Shown here one piece after another: positions 52,150-64,000 of a DNA stretch of 64,000 bases. Under the pieces are notes generated by a model, which was given only the letters and a program-made list of their open reading frames with translations, ran no database searches and had not been told where the DNA came from. Numbering within the stretch: the stretch's first letter is position 1; each line of letters starts with the position of its first letter. Origin of the DNA: Eledone cirrhosa (Eukaryota). Made by a program: the position numbers and the translations under genes. Location of the stretch: contig OZ024745.1 of assembly GCA_964016885.1 (NCBI GenBank), positions 89,714,001-89,778,000 of the forward strand, in the 5' to 3' direction.

Positions 52150-52410
52150 TCAGCGAGAATCGCATTTTGGCGGGTAGAAAAAGCGAAACGAAACGCAAAA
52201 TCTGAATTATGCTGGCAAGCGCTCAATAGTTAAAAAACCGGAGCTAAACAATATGTTAAAATGCCATACAAACTGAAAAAGTGGTCAAGAAAGCATTAAC
52301 CACCTAAGCCAAAAAACAAATCAAACTAAACAGGTCAAACAAAATAAATAATAAAAATGATTCCTGGTGATTTCTAAAGAATGAAACAGTTCTAGTCCTG
52401 TAGAATCTCA

Positions 52411-52445
<35 letters not shown>

Positions 52446-52575
52446 AGCAAAGGGATATTTAATTTGTTGGTAATTCACTAAATATATTTATAACGAATTC
52501 GAACCGCTCGACAGATTTTCTGGAGTATAATATAATGATATTAATAAATGGAAACTATATTTATAAACCCATATC

Positions 52576-52635
52576 TATTATATTATATATATTTCAAGGG
52601 TATCAAACTTTGGTACTCTCTCATCAGATAAAATA
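52576..52635 (-). ncRNA. Canonical hammerhead ribozyme, Naiad family 3
   Basis: tattttat-CTGATGA-gagagtaccaaa..ttgataccctt-GAAA-tatata-TA-atataata. Confidence 0.83.
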
Positions 52636-55600
52636 CAAAGTTTGTTTTATAAATATTGACATATCCAGGAATGAGACCTTAACGCTTCAAGTTTCACCTG
52701 ATAGAGAGAAAAGGGGAAAAAGGGGAAGAATGGAAAAAACAAATATTTCAAATTATTTTGATGAATATGCAAATGAGGTTGAGGCGTAGGGCAGAAAAAA
52801 TTTGTATTTTCATACCCTAGGTAGATTTAAATAATTATTAGGATATGTATATATAGGAAGAAGAAAGAAAGAAAAGCTTGTATTTATATTACTACAGTGT
52901 ACGTGAATTTAAAAAAATTGAAACGTTAAAATAAGTTTGTTGGAGTGGTGGAATATCATCCAGAATTTTAAAAAATATTTAGCTACATCATGAGGTTTAA
53001 TATTATATATATATAATCATTACAATTAGATTATATGAAGAATTATGGTTGTAAGTATTTAAATATCTATATAGATTAATAAGTATATTAATATAAATAT
53101 TATTGGTGATTATATAGATATATAACACACGTATTAATTTGTTTACATTTTATTTCTAATATGAGTTACGAAGGATGTTGAATGTACATTTTAAATATAT
53201 TATTATTTAAATATATATTTAAGAAAAAGACGTAGTTCAAATTTTAAGAGAAAAACAATTTGTAGATTCAAATACTTTCATCAAAAATTGAAAATATTTA
53301 GAGAACATTATTAAGTTAGCAAAATTATATAGAATTTAACATACAAGTTATTATGTCTATGCTAGGTCAATTGTAAAGGAAAAGATAACGCCAATATTAT
53401 TTGTTAAACTATTAATATGAGATTTGATGAATAATTTTCGTAGAAAATGCGGAAAGTATTTAGAGAAAATTATATATTATTTTGTGTGAGATTATCAGGT
53501 ATTTTATATTACATATTTTCAAGGATGAGAATTTCAATTATATATGTATTTAGATATTATCTACGTCGAAAGATGTGTGAAACGTTTGAAAATTAAAGAG
53601 AGGAAAAATATATTATTAGATAAGTCAAGAGTGCATATAGAAGAACGATCGTAAAGAGGATATCTTTCAGAATATCAATTAAAAAGTATCAATCTAAAAA
53701 AATAGTTTACGAAGAGTATCATTAGGAAAAGAATATCATTGGTAAAAATATTAAAATTTAATTAGAAAAAGATTATTTAAAAAAAGAATTTTTTAATTCC
53801 TCACTAAACAACAGAAGCATTTTAAAGACGTATACGATGCAGTCAAGTGTAATGAATATTATCGATTAAAAATACTTCGAAAAGTGGTTCTTTAGCGGTG
53901 TCTGCAAGAACTGAATAATTCGTTTTATAAATTAATAGAATTTTGACAGTTAAGTATATTAAAAATTTCCTCGATACAAAATGACAGATTTTTGAGAAAC
54001 CCATATTTCGGTATGCATGTGCTTTCAAAATCGTTACCCAGGATATTGAATAGTCTGTATTATTGTCCTTTAAATCCCAGATTAGATGTGATCAATTCTA
54101 CAGTTTGATCAATTCTACCGTTACATTTTCGGGAGTTGTTGTTACTAGAAACGGTACTATTAGTATGACTATTGTTATTAGAAATATTATTATTGTAATC
54201 TTGGTTTGTTTGGTTAGGGTTTAAATTTAAGTTTCTATTATTAATTATATTTATATTTTGTGCTATGTTCAGAGTAGTAGAGTAAAATAGTTTTATTGTG
54301 TGTCTGTTAAAATAGAGTGGTATCTATGGGCTTTAGGAAAACACTTATCCAGTGCTTTGATAAATAGTTTTGCTACAGGTGTTTTAACACCTAATGAGAA
54401 TGGGGGAGAGCACCAAATTATATTTCTAGTTCTATTTTTTTTTGTTTGGTTTACTATTTAAGTTGAATTGCTTATTATTATTATAATGAATTTAAGGATG
54501 ATTTAGCATATTATAATTATCTAAGTATTTAATTTTATTCGCGTATCCAGCTCTATGTAAAGCCTCATTATCAAAAATATTATTATTAGCTGAGATGCGT
54601 GAAATTCCTTGCTGAACACTATTGACAATAGTATTTTTTATATTTCTAGGATGATTAGAATTGAAACTTACGTAATTTAAATTATCATTAATTTTATGGA
54701 AAGGATAATAAAGACCTGAGCTAAGGTTTAAAGTTACATCTAAGAAGTTAACGATGTTATAATTATTCTCGATTTCTAAATTAAGTTTGTAGTTGTTGAA
54801 AAACAGTATTATCGGTTTCTTTTTCTTATTAATTTAACTATTGCTATGGTTTTCGATTAAACGTAACATATCGTCACGATTTAAACCTCCGGTAATCTCT
54901 GGCATTTTTCTATGCAGTACATTAATAATAAATAATCCAACGAGGTCTGTTACGCTAGTTGAATCATATGATCCCATAGTAATATCCAAATTGTTTTATC
55001 CAGAGATGGTTATTAAATTCTATTAGGGTTTTACGTGCGGTTAGAATGATATTCATTTCTTCAATAGATAGGTCTGTATGTTTAGAAGCGTAAATAAGTG
55101 CCTTATTAAGTAAGCTAGGGGTAATAGAGGAGTAGTAATTTGCAATATCCATTTGAATACATTTTTCTTATGTTTTAATTTTATGTGTTTAAACCAATCT
55201 ATTACTTCATTAGTACCGTTCCATAGTTTAAGGTGTGATTTTTCTTTAAGTAGTGGTATAATACTATCTAGTATATGTTTGCTAATTATGCCTAAGTCAG
55301 ATTTAGATGGTGCGATGAGTCTGACTAGTAGTTCTACTTCAAAATTTCTTTTGTGGTCCTTCAAATTAATCTTCGGTTTTCTAGGTATAAAGGGTTCTGT
55401 CTTATTTTTTAATGCCTAATTCATAAATAATTTCCAAAGCTTCTCTATTTAGGGTTGAACGATTTTCATTTGATGTCCTTTTATAAATTTTCCTGAGTTC
55501 CTTCATTATTAGGTTATTATACGCATCCTTTTCCATACCATATAAAATATTGGTTTTGTCAGATTTTACAAGGATCTTCTTTGTTTTTGCTAGACTGTCT

Positions 55601-56094
55601 ATTTTGTTTTTTAAGCCTTCGAGGTACTCCTGGCCAATAAATTGGTTCCTTTTAAATTAACGTTCTGTATGATGGAGATTACTTCAGTTTCAAATTCGGC
55701 TAGTAGTTTGTTTCAAGGTGGATTTTTCTTAGATTTGAAAATAAGATCAAAATTATTCTTGGATTTATTTCGTTTTTCGATTTCTTATCAAAATGGAAAG
55801 CACGCCATCTAAATCTTCATATGAAGGAGTCTGATTTTTCTATAAGTTGTTTTACATATTCCTTATTTTTAGGTAAGAGTACATCCTTTAAAAATAAGAA
55901 ATGCTAAAGAATTCCATTATTAATTCTTTGCAATCTGTTATAGTTCAAAGGGTTCAACATTAAAGGAGCTATTTATAAGCAAAGGGATATTTAATTCGTT
56001 GGTAATTCAACAAATATATTTATAACAGATTCGAAGCACTCCACATGTTTTCAATGATATTAATAAATGGAAACTATATTCATAAAATCATATT

Positions 56095-56155
56095 TATTTT
56101 ATTATATATATTTCAAGGGTACCAAACGTTTGGTACGCTCTCATCCGATAAAATA
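56095..56155 (-). ncRNA. Hammerhead of the 5' pLTR, core mutated (CGGATGA)
   Basis: Homolog of 52576 with a strong stem II gtaccaaa-cg-tttggtac. Confidence 0.7.
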
Positions 56156-56377
56156 CAAAGTTTGTTTTATAAATATTGACATATCCAGGAATGAGACCTT
56201 AACGATTCAAGTTTCAGCTGGATAGTTAAAGGAAAGAGAGAAAACGGGAAAAGGGGGAAGAAAGGAAAAAACATATATTTCAAATTATTTTGATGAATAT
56301 GCAAATGAGGTTGAGGCGTAAGGCTGAAGAAATCGTTATTTTTAGACGCTACGTAGAATAAAATAATTATTATTAAT

Positions 56378-59300
56378 GCAACAAACTACTAGCCGAATTT
56401 GAAAATGAAATAATCTCCATCATACAGAACGTTAAATTTAAAAGGAACCAATTTATTAGCCAGGAGTACCTTGAAGGCCTCAAAAACAAAATAGAGGGTC
56501 TAGAAAGAAGATCCTTGTAAAATCTGACAAAACCAATCATTTATATGGTATTGAAAAGTACGTGTATAATAACCTAATACTGAATGAACTCAGGAAAAAC
56601 TATAAAAGGACATCAAATGAAGATCTTTCAACCCTAAATAGAGAAGCTTCGGGAAGTATTTATAAATTAGGCATTCAAAATAAGACGGAAACCTTTATAC
56701 CTAGAAAACCGAAGATTAATTTGAAGGACCACAAAAGAAATTTTGAAGTAGAACTACTAGTCAGACTCATCGCACCATCTAAATATGACCTAGGCATAAT
56801 TAGCAAATATATACTAGATAGTATTATACCACTACTCAAGGAAAAATCACACCTTAAACTATGGAACGGTACTAATGAAGTAATAAATTGGTTTAAACAC
56901 ATAAAATTAAAACATGAGAAAAAATGTATTCAAATGGATATTGCAAATTACTACTCCTCTATTACCCTAGCTTACTTAATAAGGCACTTATTTACGCTTC
57001 TAAACATACAGACCTATCTATTGAAGAAATAAATATCATTCTAACCGCACGTAAAACCCTAATAGAATTTAATAACCATCTCTCGACAAGAGCTAACAGA
57101 CAAAACAATTTTGATATTACTATGGGATCATCTGATTCAGCTAGGGTAACATATCTCGTTGGATTATTTATTATTAATGTACTGCATAGAAAAATGCCAG
57201 AGATGACCGGAGGTTTAAATCGTGACGATGTGTTACTTTTAATCGAAAACCATAGCAATAATTAAATTAATAGGAAAAACAAATCGATAGTACAGTTTTT
57301 CAACAATTACAAACTTAAGTTAGAAGTTTAGAATAATTGTAACATCGTTAACTTCTTAGATGTAACTTTAAAACTTAACTCAGGTCTTTATTATCCATTC
57401 TATAAAATTAATGAAAACCTAAATTACGTAAGTTTCAATTCTAATCAGTCTAGAAATATATAAAATATTATTGTCAATAGTGTCCAGCAAGGAACTTCAC
57501 GCATCTCAGCTAATAAAAATATTGTTGATAATGAGGATTTACATAGAGCTGGATACTCGAATAAAATTAAATGCTTAGATAACAATAACATGCTAAAACA
57601 TCCTAAAATCCATTATAATAATAATAAGCAATTCAACTTAAATAGTAAACCAAACAAAAAACCTAGAACTAGAAATATCATTTGGTGCTCTCCCACATTC
57701 TCATTAGGTGTTAAAACACCTGTAGCAAAACTATTTTTCAAAGCACTGGATAAGTGTTTTCCTAAAGCCCACAGATACCACTCTATTTTTAACAGACACA
57801 CTATAAAACTAACTTACTCTACTACTCTGAACATAGCACAACATATAAATAGAATTAATAATAGAAACTTAAATTTAAACCCTAACCAAACAAACCAAGA
57901 TAACAGTAATAATATTTCTAATAACAATATTCATACTAATAGTACCGTTTCTAGTAACAACTCCCGAAAATGTAACTGTAGAATTGATCAAACTGCCCTT
58001 TCCAAAACAATTGCTTAGACAAACACTTAATATATAAATGCATAGTAAATTCTACAGACAAAATATTTAATTATATAGGTGCCACTTCTACAAATTTCGA
58101 AGACCGCTGGTATAATCACAAACATACATTTAATAGGTCCGATAAAAAATCTTCCACTTCCCTTTCATATCTAATCTTGGATTTAAAGGACAATAATATA
58201 AAGTAATCAATATCTTGGGTAACGATTTTAAAAGCTCCTGCATACCGAAATATGGGTTTTTCAGTCTGTCATTTGTGTAACAATAAAACATTTTATATAC
58301 TTAACTGTCAAAATTCTATTAATTTAAAAAACGAATTATTCAGTTCTTGCAGACACCGCCAAAGAACCACTTTTGGAATTATTTTTCTATAATATTCATT
58401 ACACTTGACTGCATCTTATACGTCTTTAAAATGCTTCTGTTGTTTAGTGAGGAATTAAAAATTTCTTTTTTTAAATAATCTTTTTCTACTTAAATTTTAA
58501 TATTTTTACCAATGATATTCTTTTCCTAATGATACTCTTCGTAAACTATTTTTTTTAGACTGATACTTTTTAATTGATATTCTGAAAGATATCCTCTTTA
58601 CGATAGTTTTTCTATATGAACTCTTGACTTATCTAATAATATATTTTTCGTCTCTTTAATTCTCAAACGTTTCACGCATCTTTCGACGTAGATAATATCC
58701 AAATACATATATAATTGAAATTCTCATCCTTGAAAACATGTAATATAAAATACCTTATAATCTCACACAAAATAATATATAATTTTCTCTACATATTTTC
58801 CGCATTTTCTACAAAAATTATTCATCAGATCTAATATTAATATTTTAAGAAATAATATTGGCGTCATCTTTTCCTTTACAATTGAGCTAACATAGACATA
58901 ATAACTTGTATGTTAAATTCTATATAATTTCGCTAACTTAATAATGTTCTCTAAGTATTTTCAATTTTTGATGAAACTATTTAAATCTACAAATTGTTGT
59001 CTTAAAATTTGAACTACGTCTTTTTCTTAACAATATATTTAAAATGTAAAATCAACTTCCTTCGTAACTAATATTAGAAATGTAAACAAATTAATACGTG
59101 TGTTATATATCTATATAATCACCAATAATATTTATATTTAATCTTAGTCATCTATATAGATATTTATATACTTACAACCTGTTGTAATATAACATAAAAC
59201 GTACTTAAAATCATAATTCTTCATATAATCTAATTGTAATGATTATATATATAATATTATAACTCATGATGTAGCTAAATATCTTTTTAAATGCTGGATT

Positions 59301-59734
59301 GATATACCACCACTCCAACAAACCTTTAATTTTTAACGTTTCAATTTGTTTTAAATTCACGTACATTGTAGTAATATAAGCTTTTCTTTCTTTCTTCTTC
59401 CTATATATACATATATATATCCTAATAATTATTTAAATCTACCTAGGATATAAAAATAATCATTTTTTCTGCCTTACGCCTCAACCTCATTTGCATATTC
59501 ATCAAAATAATTTGAAATATTTGTTATTTCCTTTCTTCCTCTTTTTCACCTTTTCTCTCTTTCCTTTAACGTGAAACTTGAACCGTTAAGGTCTCATTCC
59601 TGGATATGTCAATATTTATAAAACAAACTTTGTATTGTATCTGATGAGAGAGTACCAAAATGTTGATGCCCTTGAAATATATATAATAGAATAAATATGG
59701 TTTTATAAATATAGTTTCCATTTATTAATATCAT

Positions 59735-59735
<1 letters not shown>
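56378..59735 (+). mobile_element. Naiad-type PLE family 3, inverted 5'-truncated copy (RT + complete GIY-YIG + 3' pLTR)
   Basis: Reverse complement of 52530-55715. CNCR..CPFQNNC, LIY..YIGAT, CHLC, SCRH. Confidence 0.88.
59633..59693 (+). ncRNA. Canonical hammerhead ribozyme, Naiad family 3
   Basis: tattgtat-CTGATGA-gagagtacc..gatgccctt-GAAA-tatata-TA-atagaata. Confidence 0.8.
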
Positions 59736-59804
<69 letters not shown>

Positions 59805-59826
59805 ATATATATACATATATGTATGC

Positions 59827-59868
<42 letters not shown>

Positions 59869-60084
59869 GAAAACGGGGAGAAAAAGACGATTATGAGGAA
59901 GAAAAATATATATATATATATTTTTTTTCATTTTTTTTTGTCTCTCTCTCTTTTTTCTGGGTTAGAAAATGATTAAAACGAAATGTTTTACTTTGTGTGA
60001 AGTGTTAAGGTATTAGTTGATTGATTTATTATTTAACAATGGCACTTATTTATCTATTTCTATATTTAATTATTGTCTATTACC

Positions 60085-60119
<35 letters not shown>

Positions 60120-60120
<1 letters not shown>

Positions 60121-60210
60121 ATTAAATAAATGGAAAACTATATTTATAAAACCATATTTATTTCATTATATATATTTCGGGGATATCATATTAACAATAT
60201 GCTATGCCTT

Positions 60211-60218
<8 letters not shown>
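60120..60218 (-). mobile_element. Related pLTR end with an HHR remnant cut by (TA)n
   Basis: (A)TGATGA-aggcatagcatatt..aatatgatatcccc-GAAA-tatata-TA-atgaaata; downstream sequence similar to 59686-59725. Confidence 0.55.
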
Positions 60219-60308
<90 letters not shown>

Positions 60309-60381
60309 ATATATATGTATATATATTTATATATATATATATATACATATATATATACATATATATATACATATATATATA

Positions 60382-63090
60382 TGTTGAGGCCCAAATCTTC
60401 GCCCAGTACACCGGCCCCACGCCCGAACTGTACGGTCGTTGTATTGACGACTCTATCAGAGCCACGACACTCACCCGAGTACAGCTCGACTCCTTTCTCT
60501 CCTTCTTCTGCGTCTTCCACCCCTCCCTGCACTTCACCACCTCTATCTCCACCACCCACGTCGCCATCGACCCCTGTCACCGCTCCCTCGCCACCACCTC
60601 CTTTTCAAACCCACCGACTTCCACTCCTACCTCGACTTCACCTGCTCCCACCCTACACACACAGAACCCGCTTTTCCATACTCCCAACTCCTAGGATATA
60701 AAAATAATCATTTTTTCTGCCTTACGCCTCAACCTCATTTGCATATTCATCAAAATAATTTGAAATATTTGTTATTTCCTTTCTGCCTCTGCAGCCGAGA
60801 TGCTGACTTTGAGTCCCAGGCCCTTTCCCTAGTCAGCCATTTCATCCGCAGAGGTTACCCTCCTCCCTCGTCCACACCGCCCTCACTCGCGCTCGTGCTG
60901 TCCATCACTCCACCACCCTCACACCACGCCACTGCACACCCACCAACCGTCTCCCCTTCCCCATCACCTACCATCCCTCAACCCTACCCCATACTGCACC
61001 ATCCTGCGCCTCTTCCAACGCCTCCAGTCCGATCCCTCCACCTCCCACACCTCCCCCCTCCTTCAAACGCGCACGCAATATCCGCATCCTCCCCCTCCGC
61101 AGCTCCCTACCCCCCAACCCACGCTATTCTCCCCCCCCCCCGGTTCCCTTTCCTGCTCCAGGCCTCGTTTCCACACCTGCCACCACTTCACCAACACTAC
61201 AACATACCAGGGTCTCAACGGCCACTCTCTCTCTGTCCGGCACGCCTTCCGCTGCACCTCCTCCAACCAAGTCTACGTCGGACAGACTGGACGTCGCCTG
61301 GCGGACCGTTTCACTGAACACCTCCGGGATATTCGTGTCGGCGAGAGTTCCTCCATCGCATGCCACTTTGGCAACCCTGTACATCCCGCCCACCACCTCA
61401 CAGTCTGTGGCCAATTCCAATGCCACGGAACACCGGCCACCCGCCACACGGTCGAACAACGCACCATCTTCACTCTACAGATACCCCCCACCCGTCAGGA
61501 ACTTGCCACCCCTATTCCTTTAACCTTCGACCGCCCTGTCTCCCCCCACACACACATATCCCCCACTAACACCACTGACACACTCTCCACACACACATAT
61601 CCTCCACTAAAACCACCACCCACCCCCTTGGCCCACCCCACAACTAACAATACTAACACCCCCACCCACCCCCGGCCACCCTTCCCCAACTAATAACACT
61701 AACATCCCCACCCTTCCCTATCACGCACACACCCACCTGTATATATATACACGCACTCACACTATCCACACTCCATACTACCACCACTAACCCTCACCCA
61801 CACATCCACTCCAACCACGCCACAATTAATACCACTAACATTCCCCCGACCCCACGCACATGAACACACACCTTCTCACACACACACACACCTACATACA
61901 CCACCCACTCTACACACCAAACCACCACTAGCCTCCACTAACACACCCGCATTCAACCCTTTCCCCACCACCAGTATACTAACACCCACGAACACCTCCT
62001 TTACCACACACACACTCATCCAAACACACACACACACACCAGTACACTGCACTCCCTCCACCGACCCCCATACCTCCTCTCTCCCTCTCCCCGCTCCTTC
62101 CACACCCCTTCACACACACATATACCACTAACACCTCTATTAACACACACAACATCCCCCACATGACCCCTCCACACTCCACCTTTCACACCTACCCATC
62201 CTCTCCCCTATCCACCGCACACAGACACACAGTCCTCACCACACTGACCTTCTCCACCTGTCATTCTCCTCTACTGCTATGTCTTCATCCTGCCTTGACC
62301 CTCTAATCACTTCCTGTTGCGCGCGTACCTCACATCTCCCCACTTCCGACCACCACAACCAACGGTATAAATACGACCGGGCATTGTTCCAGCTATCCAC
62401 TCCATAACATGAAAAATATCCGGCAGCTCTTCGCCTCTCTACGGAACAACCTTAGAAACTTACCCACGGACATACACTGACAATTTTTTTTCGAACCACG
62501 CCACCTACACCACGTAAAAACAACAACACACACGCGCGTACCCCCCACATATACACACCCAGCCACCGGAATCCTCGCCCCGCCACCCCTACCCCTCTGA
62601 ACCCTCCGGATCCAGACGCAAGCACACACAGACCTACACCCCATCCCACACATTCTCCTGAACATTGAACCTCGTTTTTTCCCCCCAACTCTCAGATTCA
62701 CATACACACACACACACAGACACCTACACCTCAGATTCACATACACAAACACCACCTTCAGTCCTCCCCACTCGGACACCCCGCCACCATCTCCCTACTC
62801 CATCCACCACCACCCTTACACGCCCCACACCCTTCCACCACTTGTTTACCTTTATGTTTATTTTTATTTTTATTGTACACCTTTTTCCTCCCTTTTCTCT
62901 CCCCCTCTTTTTTCTAAATGTCTCTCCACCACTCCCCGAACACACCCTCGGAACTCTCTTCCCACCCACTTTTCTCCAGAGGAAGTGCTTATGCTAGAAA
63001 AGTCCCCCCCCCCCACTCTCAAGAGCGGGAAACTAATAAACCTTTGTTTGTACTGCCTCTCTGTTATCGTTCCCGTTTCAATTTTCCCTA
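60382..63090 (+). mobile_element. 5'-truncated, decayed C-rich Neptune-type PLE (RT C-half, GIY-YIG, long C/A-rich 3' UTR)
   Basis: [75 protein letters not shown]. Confidence 0.8.
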
Positions 63091-63100
63091 TATATATATA

Positions 63101-64000
<900 letters not shown>

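Larger units (their letters stand above)
52444..56372 (-). mobile_element. Naiad-type PLE family 3, full-length decayed copy with 5' pLTR (55975-56372) and 3' pLTR (52444-52850)
   Basis: RFRWRAFHF, KSDKT, LKDHK, RLIAPSKSDLG, MDIANYYSSI, NRDD, IIWCSPP. GIY-YIG core deleted near 54085-54110. Confidence 0.87.

Noticed and set aside
62975-63006. CAGAGGA..GAAA-ag-TC hammerhead of the C-rich PLE
   Set aside because: Position is plausible, but the core and stems are too degenerate to call.

Overview
AT-rich, microsatellite-dense eukaryotic DNA made almost entirely of nested, mostly decayed transposable elements. The SINE types and simple-repeat content suggest a cephalopod/octopod genome (inference). 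No host gene, rRNA, tRNA gene or CRISPR array is supportable. 1-13.5 kb: three copies of an R4/Dong-type RLE retrotransposon in (TAA)n microsatellites plus an L1/Tx1 element. 13.6-23.1 kb: a Tc1 remnant, a SINE, Helitron-like pieces, a full-length Hero-type RLE element and a mariner. 23-64 kb: a hotspot of Penelope-like elements (PLEs; Naiad-type and Neptune-type) with pseudo-LTRs (pLTRs), many inverted repeats, SINEs and a 5'-inverted RTE element. About 20 hammerhead-ribozyme (HHR) motifs occur between 15 and 63.3 kb. The most interesting item is the Neptune-type PLE at 44.8-51.3 kb. It appears bicistronic, with a ~455-codon ORF1 linked to the RT/GIY-YIG frame by an in-phase U_UUU_UUA -1 slippery site, and its pLTR carries a conserved non-canonical HHR core (U3-A8 covariation plus A13C). 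All calls are by-eye motif recognition; no searches were run.
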